Below are positions 18,971 to 28,884 of a stretch of DNA of 64,000 bases, piece after piece (positions within the stretch are counted from its first letter, which is position 1; every line of letters starts with the position of its first letter). The notes beneath the pieces are model-generated. The model was given only the letters and a program-made list of their open reading frames with translations. It was not told where the DNA came from and did no database searches. Origin of the DNA: an uncultured Candidatus Saccharibacteria bacterium (GTDB taxonomy: Bacteria; Patescibacteriota; Minisyncoccia; Phycocordibacterales; PALSA-1337); contig CAZQUI010000003.1 in assembly GCA_964596595.1 (NCBI GenBank), forward strand, positions 979 through 64,978. Reading direction: 5' to 3'. The position numbers and the translations under genes were made by a program.

Positions 18971-20386
18971 TTACTCTACTTCCTTAGAACCCCTTTCGTA
19001 TTTTTTGAGGGGGAGATTTTCTAAATTTTCTTGAATGGGAGTAATAAATTTCCAAGAAGACATTATCTCTTGAGTAGAAGCAAACAAAGTTTGATCACCA
19101 TGAAAGACGTCATGAATGAGGCGTTCATAGTCGGTTATTGAACCTAAAGCAGGCATAGATTCACTATAAGAAAAGCGCAAGGTCTTTGCTTCAGTTTCAA
19201 AGCCATATCCAGGAGTTTTAACAAAAAATCTTATTTTTATACCCTCATCTGGCTGAATACGAAAAGTTAAAATATTTTGTTTATCTTCATCTTTACTTGT
19301 ATTTTTAAAGTAAATATCAATAGCAGTTTTTGATTCTGACATAGCTTTTCCACTCTCAAGATAAATGGGAACCCCTTTCCAACGAGGATTATTTATAAAA
19401 GCTTTGATACGAAAATAAGTCTCTGTTTGAGAATCTCTACCCACACCTTGTTCTACGTTATACCCTTCGTATTGTCCACGAACAACATATTTATCCATAT
19501 TACGAGGTTGAACTTTAATTAACTTTGAAAGAACTTTTGCTCTTTCCAAACGAATCGCATCTGCTTTAAAAGATTTTGGCTTATCCATACTAATAAGGGC
19601 CAACATCATTAACATATGATTTTGACCAACGTCTCGTAAGGCTCCAACTGGATCGTAAAATGCTCCTCGGCCTTCCATAGCCGCTTTTTCAAAAAGACGA
19701 ATATGAATTTTTTCAATGCATTTATTGTTCCATAAAGGTTCGAACATGCTATTGGAAAAACGAAAAGCCAAAATATTTTGTAAACTTTCTTTTGCCAAAT
19801 AATGATCGATACGGAAAATTTGTTCTTCTTTAAACTTTTTACCTAAAATAGCATCAAGATTTTGGGCAGTTTCAGTATTATTTCCAAAAGGTTTCTCTAT
19901 AAGTATCCTTGTCCAACCTGTATCGTCAGCACAAGGAATAGTTAAGCCAGATTGAGCTAAACGTTCCAAGATGCCTTCATATAAAACTGGTGGAACTGAA
20001 AGATGAAATAATTTATTTGAACACTGGCCCCATCTAGCATCTATTTCATTTAATCTATTTGCTAATCGGGAATAAGCTCGAGGATCATCAAATAATCCTT
20101 GTTCATATGTCATATGATCAAAAAAATGCTTTATATCTTCTTCTCGGTATTGACCAGGTTTAACTTTTAATCTCTCGCGAATATACTCACGAAATTCTTC
20201 ACGTAGCATTGGTCGACGAGAAAACCCAATGATGGTAAACCTCTGAGGTAAAAGTTTTTTTGTATATAAATTAAGTAATGCTGGTATAAGTTTACGCGCG
20301 GCCAAATCACCCGTAATACCGAATATTACAAAGATTGTTGGTATTAGTGCATTATCACTTTTCAGAGAGAGATCAGCAGTATTCAT
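18971..20386 (-). CDS. zwf: Glucose-6-phosphate dehydrogenase
   Basis: GITGDLAARKL, EKPFG, RIDHYLAKE, GALRDVGQNH. Confidence 0.97.
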   Translation of the reverse strand: MNTADLSLKSDNALIPTIFVIFGITGDLAARKLIPALLNLYTKKLLPQRFTIIGFSRRPMLREEFREYIRERLKVKPGQYREEDIKHFFDHMTYEQGLFDDPRAYSRLANRLNEIDARWGQCSNKLFHLSVPPVLYEGILERLAQSGLTIPCADDTGWTRILIEKPFGNNTETAQNLDAILGKKFKEEQIFRIDHYLAKESLQNILAFRFSNSMFEPLWNNKCIEKIHIRLFEKAAMEGRGAFYDPVGALRDVGQNHMLMMLALISMDKPKSFKADAIRLERAKVLSKLIKVQPRNMDKYVVRGQYEGYNVEQGVGRDSQTETYFRIKAFINNPRWKGVPIYLESGKAMSESKTAIDIYFKNTSKDEDKQNILTFRIQPDEGIKIRFFVKTPGYGFETEAKTLRFSYSESMPALGSITDYERLIHDVFHGDQTLFASTQEIMSSWKFITPIQENLENLPLKKYERGSKEVE

Positions 20387-20419
20387 TGGACTTAAAGTTT
20401 ATAAAATAAAAAATAGAAA

Positions 20420-20545
20420 TTAAAATCCTTCTCCCCATTCTGTCCACCAAGGATAAAGATGATTCGCAACAAAAACACAAGGAATGATGATTATAGCCGT
20501 CAAAACCCACATCGTAAATGAGAATATTTTACTTATTGTTTCCAT
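20420..20545 (-). CDS. Small 41-aa membrane peptide
   Basis: METISKIFSFTMWVLTAIIIIPCVFVANHLYPWWTEWGEGF*; fills the gap between two co-directional genes. Confidence 0.55.
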   Translation of the reverse strand: METISKIFSFTMWVLTAIIIIPCVFVANHLYPWWTEWGEGF

Positions 20546-20605
20546 GACTTTTAGACTAACTCATTAACAATCAACATTCAAGGATAATTGATTTAACTTA
20601 AAATT

Positions 20606-21760
20606 CTAGATTTGCTTTGGGTCTATTTTAATTATCTTATCATCATCAGTCACAGGAGAGCCTCGACCATCACGATTACTTGTCGTGATATATATAAATC
20701 CATCAGGACCAATCTTAACTGTACGAATTCTGCCAAATTCTTTAAAAAAGTGTGATTTTAAATCTATAACGTTATCACCAGATAACACTGCTTCATATAA
20801 AGTCTTGCCTGCTAAACCGCCATACAACAAATTATTGTTAAAATAAACCGCACTCGCTGGCGCCCATGTTGTTTTGGCACCAGAGTGTCTAATAGGAGCA
20901 ATGGTATTTGGTTTGACTGTATCTCCTTCACTATCTGGCCAGCCATAGTTACCACCCTTCACAATCAAATTAATTTCATCTAGCCCCGAAGAAACTCCCG
21001 ATCTTCCGTGTTCAGTACTCCACAATCTTCCCTCCTTATCCCAAGCTAAACCTTGAGGATTACGATGGCCATAAGAATAAACCTCTGTTCCAAATGGATT
21101 ATCATTTGGTATTGTCCCGTCATCATTCAGACGCAATATTTTTCCACCCAAGGATTTTAGATCCTGAGCAATTTTTGGAGTAGTTGCATCACCAGTTGTT
21201 ATATATAGATAACCATCTGGACCAAAAGCCATTCGTCCACCGTCGTGATATATTGCTCCCGGAATACCTTTTATAATAACTTTTTTATCAAAAAGCTGAT
21301 CATTTTCAAATCTATATCTCTCGATTCGATTCTCAGTATTACCATTGAGACCAGGTGCTGACATATATAAGTACACAAATTGATTGTTACTGAACTGGGG
21401 ATGCAGAACTACACCCAATAATCCCGCTTCACCTTTATGTATTCCAGTTTCCTCTTTTATAACTTTTTTGTTTCCTTCTTTATCGATTATCAATAAATTT
21501 CCTACGCGTTCAGTGACCAACATTCGACCGTCTGGTAAAAATTCTAAATCCCAAGGAATATTTAAATTTTTAGCTATAACCGTAATAGCTTGAATACTAT
21601 CTTTGATTGATGATGTTGAAGTGGCGACTGATTGAGGAATTTGCTGTACTGGAATATTGGTATTTTGAATTTCAGCAACTGGTTTATTTTTTATTTTAAA
21701 AATAAAAAAACCTGCCAATATTATTAGGACAACCACCAGCAAAAAGATTATTCTTTTCAT
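20606..21760 (-). CDS. PQQ-dependent sugar (glucose/sorbosone) dehydrogenase family protein
   Basis: PWDLEFLPDGRMLVTER, HDGGRMAFGPDG, YSYGHRNPQGLAW, DEINLIVKGGNYGWP. Confidence 0.93.
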   Translation of the reverse strand: MKRIIFLLVVVLIILAGFFIFKIKNKPVAEIQNTNIPVQQIPQSVATSTSSIKDSIQAITVIAKNLNIPWDLEFLPDGRMLVTERVGNLLIIDKEGNKKVIKEETGIHKGEAGLLGVVLHPQFSNNQFVYLYMSAPGLNGNTENRIERYRFENDQLFDKKVIIKGIPGAIYHDGGRMAFGPDGYLYITTGDATTPKIAQDLKSLGGKILRLNDDGTIPNDNPFGTEVYSYGHRNPQGLAWDKEGRLWSTEHGRSGVSSGLDEINLIVKGGNYGWPDSEGDTVKPNTIAPIRHSGAKTTWAPASAVYFNNNLLYGGLAGKTLYEAVLSGDNVIDLKSHFFKEFGRIRTVKIGPDGFIYITTSNRDGRGSPVTDDDKIIKIDPKQI

Positions 21761-21867
21761 AAATTAATATTAAGTATTATAAAACACACAAAAATTTACA
21801 TTCATAGTTTATCAGGTAAAAAAAGCTTTCGCGAGCTTAACTGCTATGCTATATTCATCAATGAATT

Positions 21868-21940
21868 GGGCCATTAGCTCATCTGGTAGAGCGCACCCAT
21901 GGCATGGGTGAGGTGAGCGGTTCGAGTCCGCTATGGTCCA
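21868..21940 (+). tRNA. tRNA-Ala(GGC)
   Basis: Cloverleaf GGGCCAT..., anticodon stem caccc/gggtg with GGC, TTCGA T-loop, G3:U70. Confidence 0.95.
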
Positions 21941-22013
21941 CTTGTGCATAACTCATATCAGTAATTTGTTATACTAGTATCAGGGTAACGTTTTATTAAT
22001 TAAGTCAAAAAAT

Positions 22014-22232
22014 ATGAAAGCTATACATTCAATCGCATTTATCCTTCTTGTCGTTGGTGGTCTTAACTGGCTACTAATCGGTCTATTCAATTGGGGTGTT
22101 GCTGATTTAGTTGGCATGACACTTGCCAAAATTATTTATATTGTTGTTGGTCTCTCTGCAATCTATCTTATCTTCTCACACAAGAAAGATTGCAAGATGT
22201 GTGAAAAGTCTTCCTCTTCTGCATCAATGTAA
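22014..22232 (+). CDS. DUF378 family small membrane protein
   Basis: LLVVGGLNWLLIG...IIYIVVGLSAIY. Confidence 0.88.
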   Translation: MKAIHSIAFILLVVGGLNWLLIGLFNWGVADLVGMTLAKIIYIVVGLSAIYLIFSHKKDCKMCEKSSSSASM

Positions 22233-22245
22233 ATTTGATTCACAT

Positions 22246-22279
22246 AAAAAACATCCCGACTTTTATCGGGATGTTTTTT
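22246..22279. terminator. Bidirectional terminator
   Basis: aaaaacatcccga-ctttta-tcgggatgttttt. Confidence 0.8.
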
Positions 22280-22297
22280 ATGTATGGTGATAAATTA

Positions 22298-22390
22298 TTA
22301 CTGTTGTTTGGACGTACATCCACAACTACATGTTTTATCGGCATTGGTATGTGTATGTCCACAATCTACGCATGTATCTTCTTCTGGCAT
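22298..22390 (-). CDS. 30-aa Cys/His-rich metallothionein-like peptide
   Basis: MPEEDTCVDCGHTHTNADKTCSCGCTSKQQ*; converges on the bidirectional terminator. Confidence 0.55.
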   Translation of the reverse strand: MPEEDTCVDCGHTHTNADKTCSCGCTSKQQ

Positions 22391-22912
22391 AGGAATTATA
22401 AATTTGTACCATTAAAAGCCGACCTTTCAATGTACAATTATAGCAAATATAAAAAATGGTCCATACCCCTGTATAGACCAATAAACAAACAATATAGGGA
22501 AAAGACTTTCACTTCTCCTCATTACCTCATGAGAGATAACCCTAGCCAAAGGTACCAATACCTTCTCGCAGCTGTTAGCTGAATAAATACGCAAAAGTGA
22601 TCCAGCAACGTATTGCCCCGCACACTCAAGCATATTTACCTACCATTGTCGCTGTCATAATAAAACAATGAAGCGAAGAACCCGCGGAGACTGAGTCTCG
22701 ATCCAAGGGTAAACGGAACTCCACAAGGACCAGCATGGGACCAGATATCTGATACATTGTTTGTCTATTGTTTATTTTAGCAAAATTACGGATATTTTAC
22801 TTAATTGATTTCTAAATTACAAGACTCTAACTGGAAATTTATCCTGAATTTTAAACTTTAAGTTATGCCTACGTATATTTAAAAAAATATCAACAATTTC
22901 AAACTATTTTTG

Positions 22913-22985
22913 TGGACCTGCGCGGACTCGAACCGCGTGCCTCCGCTTTGCAAAAGCGGCGCTCTACCAGATGAGCTACAGGCCC
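22913..22985 (-). tRNA. tRNA-Ala(TGC)
   Basis: GGGCCTGTAGCTCATCTGGTAGAGCG ccgct-TTTGCAA-agcgg ... GGTTCGAGTCC...GGTCCA. Confidence 0.95.
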
Positions 22986-23068
22986 ATTTATTCATGTTTA
23001 TCAATGAGAATTTTCTCATTATAACTCATTTCCCACATCTTTCAATGCGGCTTTTGATATTACACGCT

Positions 23069-24055
23069 CTATATCTTATGAGCAAGTGATAAGATGTGAC
23101 CAACAAACTCATGAATACTACTACCAACAGAACGGAGAGCTTTTGGTAACAATGACTCATTTGTTAAACCAGGTAGAGTATTAGCCTCCAAAACATAAAT
23201 TCCTCGACGAGGATGAATAATAAAATCTGAACGAGAATAATGCTTTAGATCTAGAATTTTGTGAACTGCCAAAGCTAGTTCCTCGAGCTTTTTCTTGGTC
23301 TCATGAGGAAAAGTTGCGGGAACAATTTCTTCAGACTTGCCGTTATATTTTGCTTCGTAATCAAAAAGTTGGTCATTATGTGGACGAATTTCAATAGGAG
23401 GTAAACAATATAATTCTTGACCACGAAAACCTTCTACCACGGCACAGGTAGCTTCCCTTCCTTGGATAAATTCTTCCATTATGATATCTCCGTGGGTAGC
23501 AGCATGTTTGAGGGCTGCAGGTAATTCTGTATATTTACGTACAATACTTACAGCCACCGACGAACCCCCAGAAACTGGTTTTATAATTACCGGTAAATGC
23601 CATGTATGAAATATCTCTCGTACCAAACCATCGAGATCATTTTTTACAATGTCTGCTGGTATTTCTTTCCAACGAGGAGTCAATATATTATGAGTTTTGA
23701 AAATCCTTTTAGCTAAAGATTTATTCATTGCAATAGCAGAAGCCAATGAACCAGAGCCAGTAAAAGTTACACCATAAGATTCCAGTAAGTTTTGAATTTT
23801 TCCATCTTCTCCATATCCACCATGAAGAGCATTAAAAATTACATCGAATTTAGAAATCGCTTGAGCTGGATTTACAGGAATACCATCTATATGCCAAACA
23901 CCTTCACGATCAATAAAGACATCATGTGGATGATAACGATCTACCCAATGATTTCGTAAGGCAGCCAAAACTTCTTTGCCTGTATTAAGTGAGACTTCGT
24001 ATTCACTACTTGGTCCGCCGCGAACGACGCCAACACGAATATGATTAGATAACAT
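23069..24055 (-). CDS. ddl: D-alanine--D-alanine ligase
   Basis: GGPSSEYEVSLNTG, ALHGGYGEDG, FDYEAKY, LEANTLPGLT. Confidence 0.96.
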   Translation of the reverse strand: MLSNHIRVGVVRGGPSSEYEVSLNTGKEVLAALRNHWVDRYHPHDVFIDREGVWHIDGIPVNPAQAISKFDVIFNALHGGYGEDGKIQNLLESYGVTFTGSGSLASAIAMNKSLAKRIFKTHNILTPRWKEIPADIVKNDLDGLVREIFHTWHLPVIIKPVSGGSSVAVSIVRKYTELPAALKHAATHGDIIMEEFIQGREATCAVVEGFRGQELYCLPPIEIRPHNDQLFDYEAKYNGKSEEIVPATFPHETKKKLEELALAVHKILDLKHYSRSDFIIHPRRGIYVLEANTLPGLTNESLLPKALRSVGSSIHEFVGHILSLAHKI

Positions 24056-24082
24056 GATATAAGTATATCATTCGTAACACTA

Positions 24083-25303
24083 TTAATACCATTTCATACT
24101 TCTTCTCTTTCGATGATAAGCAATTGTATAACGATGAACTTCAGCATTGATTGAAATAATATCTTTTTTGTACTTTGAAATAAGATCTGGATGACCAACA
24201 AAAGAATTTGCCTTATGTTTATCATCTTTAGTAACTCCAATCACAGGAATATTGATTCTTCTCGACTTTAAAACATCTTCTGCTCGATTTACCTGTAGAG
24301 AATTACCGTCAACAACAATAATATCTGGATATGGCCACTCTGAATGATTGAGACGACGAGAAAGTATTTCTTCCAAACCAGCCAAATCATTATTCGTATT
24401 TTTGGAAATTTTAAATTTGCGATATTCATTTGGTTGTAATTGACCATTTTCCAAAACAACCATTCCACCTACAGTTTCCATTCCTCCAAGATGAGCAATG
24501 TCATAAGCTTCAATCCGAAAATTTCTACTGATTTTAGTAACATCCACTTTTATGAGTGCCATGTCATTGATATGATCCAATGCAAATAAAAGATGTTTAA
24601 GTCTTCCAGATTCTTCGAATTCAAGATTCTTAGCACTATCCATCATCTGTTTTTCAATTTCTTTTCTGAGTTGTTTTTTCTTACCACGAAAAAATAAAGT
24701 TAAATATTCGATTGTCGATAGGTAATGTTTGTGAGCATTTTGATCATTTTCTTTAGGTGATCTACCAATTGACTGATAAAAAATTGCATGACGATTATCT
24801 AAAGATTTTTTATCTCGAAACGGAAACATCTTTCGAAGAATTTTTAATGCTTCTTTGATAAGTCCAGTGTGAGGATACGGTCCAAATTTTTCTTTTATTT
24901 TATATGGCAAAATACCATCTTTCAATTGCTGATCAAGGTCTCTTGCGCGGGCAAGAAATACACGTGGCCAAAGCTCATCAGTTATAATGACGTATTGTGC
25001 ACTCTTATCGTCACGTTCATCAACATTATAGTGCGGTTGATAACGTTTGATTAATTCACTCTCAAGTAATATGGCTTCTAAAACCGAATCCGTATCTTGC
25101 CAAGTAACTGTAGCTGCTTTTGTAACCATATCTACGATACGCGGTCCACGAGTAACAATAATATCTGTAGAAAAATAACTTTTTACACGATCAGCTAATG
25201 ACGTTGCACGACCAATATACAAAGGTCTTTTTAATCGATCTCGAAATATATAAACTCCTGGATTATCAGGTAAAGCTAATTTTGATAATTTTTTACTTAT
25301 CAT
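24083..25303 (-). CDS. uvrC: Excinuclease ABC subunit C (short form)
   Basis: GIY-YIG LPDNPGVYIF..LYIGRA; RIEAYDIAH; PDIIVVDG. Confidence 0.92.
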   Translation of the reverse strand: MISKKLSKLALPDNPGVYIFRDRLKRPLYIGRATSLADRVKSYFSTDIIVTRGPRIVDMVTKAATVTWQDTDSVLEAILLESELIKRYQPHYNVDERDDKSAQYVIITDELWPRVFLARARDLDQQLKDGILPYKIKEKFGPYPHTGLIKEALKILRKMFPFRDKKSLDNRHAIFYQSIGRSPKENDQNAHKHYLSTIEYLTLFFRGKKKQLRKEIEKQMMDSAKNLEFEESGRLKHLLFALDHINDMALIKVDVTKISRNFRIEAYDIAHLGGMETVGGMVVLENGQLQPNEYRKFKISKNTNNDLAGLEEILSRRLNHSEWPYPDIIVVDGNSLQVNRAEDVLKSRRINIPVIGVTKDDKHKANSFVGHPDLISKYKKDIISINAEVHRYTIAYHRKRRSMKWY

Positions 25304-25342
25304 TTAATTAAATATATCTTAACTCAAAAATTTTATAGAAAG

Positions 25343-27964
25343 TTATTTTTTTAAGACCTTCTTTAGATATTTACCCGTATAAGACGCTTCATTTTTTGCT
25401 ACATCTTCAGGAGTCCCTTTGGCTACAATTGTACCACCTCGTTCTCCACCTTCTGGACCAATATCAATTATATAATCTGCCGATTTGATGAGGTCTAAAT
25501 TGTGTTCAATTACGACAACCGTATTACCTTTATCAACTAATTTTTGTAAAATATCTATCAATTTTTTAACATCTTCATAGTGCAGACCCACTGTTGGTTC
25601 ATCCAAAAGATAAATAGTTTTTTGAACATGCGCTCTGTATAATTCTGAAGAAATTTTTACACGTTGAGCTTCACCTCCAGAAAGCGTCGTAGCCGATTGA
25701 CCCAATTTAATATAACCCAAACCTACTTCGGAAAGAGTTTTTAGTCTATCTGAAACTGCAGGAATTTCTTCAAAAAATTCCATCGCCTCTTCGATAGTCA
25801 TTTGCAAAATATCGTGAATATTTTTTTTACGATAGGTAATTTCAAGGGTCTCTTTCATAAACCTTTTTCCTCCACAAATATCACAAACAACATAAACTGT
25901 TGGCAAAAAATGCATTTCAACAGCAATTTCTCCATTTCCTTCACAAGCTTCACAACGTCCCCCGGGACGATTAAATGAAAATCTTCCTGGACCCCACCCG
26001 CGAGCACGCGCTTCTGGTTCAGCGGCAAAGAGATCTCTAACATGAGTCCATGCACCTGTGTAAGTCATAGGGTTTGAACGAGGAGTACGACCAATTGGTG
26101 ACTGATCTATAAGAACAACTCGACCAGCATATTCTGTACCTTCAATTGATTTACAATTAAATACCTCGGTAGTACGAATACGTGATTCAAAACGAGCCTG
26201 TAAATTACGATGAAGAATTTCGTACATAAAAGATGATTTTCCAGAACCCGATACACCCGTAATAACATTCATTACTCCCAACGGTAAATCTACATTCATG
26301 TTTTTTATATTAAAAACATTACCTCCACGAATCATGATTTTACCTTTCGGTTCACGACGATAACCTGGGACTTCAACTTTCTTTTCTCCGCGAAGATAGG
26401 CCAAAGTTAAAGAATTAGAAGTATTCTTTTTTGCAGTTAAAAGTTCATCTAAATAACCAGAGACAACAACTTTACCACCATGCACACCCGCACCTGGTCC
26501 AATATCAACAATATAATCCGAAGCAAACATGGTATCCTCATCGTGTTCCACAACTAAAATAGTATTTCCCAAATCTCGCAAATTTAAAAGAGTTTTAATT
26601 AAGCGATCGTTATCTCTTTGATGCAAACCAATAGTTGGTTCATCGAGTACATATAACGCTCCAACCAAACCAGATCCTAATTGTGAAGCTAAACGTATAC
26701 GCTGAGCTTCTCCACCAGAAAGAGTATTAGCTCTACGATCGAGTGTAATGTATTCAATGCCTACATTTAACATGAAAACTAATCTTGATTCTATTTCTTT
26801 GAGAACAACTTTAGCAATCTCTTTTTCTACATCACTTAACTTTATACTTTTAAAATATTCCAAGGCTTTCTCAATTGAAAAATTAGTTATTTGAACAATA
26901 TTTTTATCTGCAATAAAAACATGCAAAGCTTCTTCCCGAAGACGGGCACCTTTACACAAAGGACATGGCTTATCACTAAATATACTCTCTGTTCCTAAAC
27001 CATTACAGGTTGCACATGCACCATAAGGTGAATTAAAAGAAAACAAACGTGGTTCAATTTCAGGATAAGAAAATCCATCATATGGACACATGAATTTTAC
27101 AGACATTAACTGCTCATTGCTTTTGTTTTCTTCAGCTCCAGGATAATTAATCTTTATCAAACCATCAGCTTCTTGAATTGCCCTCTCTAAAGCTTCAGAT
27201 AAACGTTCTCGAGCATTTTCGATTTTTGTCTTATCCTTAAATTCACTAACATAAATCTCATCAATTAATAAATCGATATCGTGTTTTTTGTTTTTTTCTA
27301 AAATTATTTGATCTCGCAAACGGTGTGGAACTCCCCCAATAAGCACTTTTTCATATCCTTTACCTAAAAAATCATAGAGCATTTGATAGTATTCACCTTT
27401 TCGGCCAACCACGACTGGAGCATAAATAGAAACTTTTGCATTTGTTATATCAACTCCAAAAACTTTTCGAGCTTTTTCCGAACGAGATTCTATAGATTTT
27501 AAAACATTATCTAAGATCTCTTCTTTGGAAACACGATGTATTGGACGATTACAAACTAAACAATGAGGTTTGCCGACACGAGCAAATAATATACGCAAAT
27601 AATCATAAATTTCTGTAATTGTTGCAACCGTTGAACGTGGATTATTTGAGCGAGATTTTTGATCAATAGCAATCGCCGGAGAAAGACCACTAATCTCATC
27701 TACGTCTGGCTTTTGCATTTTATGCAAAAATTGACGCGCATAAGCTGATAAAGATTCAACATATCTTCTTTGTCCTTCGGCAAAAATTGTATCAAAAGCC
27801 AACGAAGACTTACCTGAACCAGAAAGCCCAGTAACAGCAATCATTGTGTTGCGAGGCATTTCAACGGTAATATTTTTCAAATTATGCGTACGTGCACCTT
27901 TTACAACAATAGTATCTTCACCTACAACACCTCCTCTTGAATTGGTTTTTCGTGAAGCCTTCAT
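25343..27964 (-). CDS. uvrA: Excinuclease ABC subunit A
   Basis: [28 protein letters not shown], two LSGGEAQR signatures, zinc fingers. Confidence 0.98.
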   Translation of the reverse strand: MKASRKTNSRGGVVGEDTIVVKGARTHNLKNITVEMPRNTMIAVTGLSGSGKSSLAFDTIFAEGQRRYVESLSAYARQFLHKMQKPDVDEISGLSPAIAIDQKSRSNNPRSTVATITEIYDYLRILFARVGKPHCLVCNRPIHRVSKEEILDNVLKSIESRSEKARKVFGVDITNAKVSIYAPVVVGRKGEYYQMLYDFLGKGYEKVLIGGVPHRLRDQIILEKNKKHDIDLLIDEIYVSEFKDKTKIENARERLSEALERAIQEADGLIKINYPGAEENKSNEQLMSVKFMCPYDGFSYPEIEPRLFSFNSPYGACATCNGLGTESIFSDKPCPLCKGARLREEALHVFIADKNIVQITNFSIEKALEYFKSIKLSDVEKEIAKVVLKEIESRLVFMLNVGIEYITLDRRANTLSGGEAQRIRLASQLGSGLVGALYVLDEPTIGLHQRDNDRLIKTLLNLRDLGNTILVVEHDEDTMFASDYIVDIGPGAGVHGGKVVVSGYLDELLTAKKNTSNSLTLAYLRGEKKVEVPGYRREPKGKIMIRGGNVFNIKNMNVDLPLGVMNVITGVSGSGKSSFMYEILHRNLQARFESRIRTTEVFNCKSIEGTEYAGRVVLIDQSPIGRTPRSNPMTYTGAWTHVRDLFAAEPEARARGWGPGRFSFNRPGGRCEACEGNGEIAVEMHFLPTVYVVCDICGGKRFMKETLEITYRKKNIHDILQMTIEEAMEFFEEIPAVSDRLKTLSEVGLGYIKLGQSATTLSGGEAQRVKISSELYRAHVQKTIYLLDEPTVGLHYEDVKKLIDILQKLVDKGNTVVVIEHNLDLIKSADYIIDIGPEGGERGGTIVAKGTPEDVAKNEASYTGKYLKKVLKK

Positions 27965-28024
27965 GGTGCGCGGATAATAGCACATTTTTTACACAACAGC
28001 AAATAAGATACACCAAAAACTATA

Positions 28025-28813
28025 TTACTTTTTGGCTCCTTTTATCTCCGAAACAATTTGATCAAGAGAAGTTGCGGCTTTGACTAAAAACTTTTGAGCC
28101 CCAAGCATTTTTGCTTTATCTATATCACTAGGTTTACTAAGGTTAGAAAGTATAATAACTGGGACATTTTTTAATTTTTCATCCATCCGAATTTGTTGAA
28201 GAATATCAAAACCACTCATACCTGGAAGTAACAAGTCTAAAACGACAACATCTGGTATTTTTTGTTTTAGAGAAGACAATGCTTCTTCACCATTTTTAGC
28301 ATGAGATAAATCAAAACCTGATGCAATTAATTTTTTTGCAAGAATTGTTCCAATGAGCTTGTCATCTTCAACCCAAAGCAGCTTCTTTTTTGCTTCATTT
28401 TTTGCATCTAATTCTTTTATATCCATAACATCATTACCAAAATGTTTGTCTACTTTTTCTACAATATCAGAAGGATTCGAATGTAGAGCCATTAAAAACT
28501 CCACGACACTACCCGGTGGTACACGTTGCATATTTATTGGCACTCCTTGTGAAGACATAAGAAAAACTGGAATCTTTGCAAGTAGTGGTTCAGCTTGTTT
28601 TTTCTCTAGCACTTCATATCCATCCATCCCTTCGAGACTAACATCAACCAAAACAAGATGTGGCATAGTGTCCATGAGACTCCTAAGTCCTTCTGCTCCG
28701 TTTTTTACCAAAGAAACAGGATATCCGTCATTTTTTAACGCTTCAACAACTTGTTCACCAAATTTGGTATCGCTTTCAATAATCAAGATTTTTTCTTTTT
28801 TGGTTTGGTTCAT
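28025..28813 (-). CDS. Response regulator with two tandem receiver domains
   Basis: KILIIESD...VLVDVSLEGMDG and LLWVEDD...VLDLLLPGMSGFD...FLVKA. Confidence 0.9.
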   Translation of the reverse strand: MNQTKKEKILIIESDTKFGEQVVEALKNDGYPVSLVKNGAEGLRSLMDTMPHLVLVDVSLEGMDGYEVLEKKQAEPLLAKIPVFLMSSQGVPINMQRVPPGSVVEFLMALHSNPSDIVEKVDKHFGNDVMDIKELDAKNEAKKKLLWVEDDKLIGTILAKKLIASGFDLSHAKNGEEALSSLKQKIPDVVVLDLLLPGMSGFDILQQIRMDEKLKNVPVIILSNLSKPSDIDKAKMLGAQKFLVKAATSLDQIVSEIKGAKK

Positions 28814-28884
28814 ACGATACATTATAGCAATAATAAGAAAAACTAGTCTAGGATCGATATTCACAATAAATATTGAGTAAATTA

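Noticed and set aside
22235-22760. ORFs 22235-22582(+), 22427-22633(-) and a 43-aa ORF near 22627-22757
   Set aside because: The first crosses a terminator and overlaps the Cys-rich peptide; none has recognisable motifs or typical composition.
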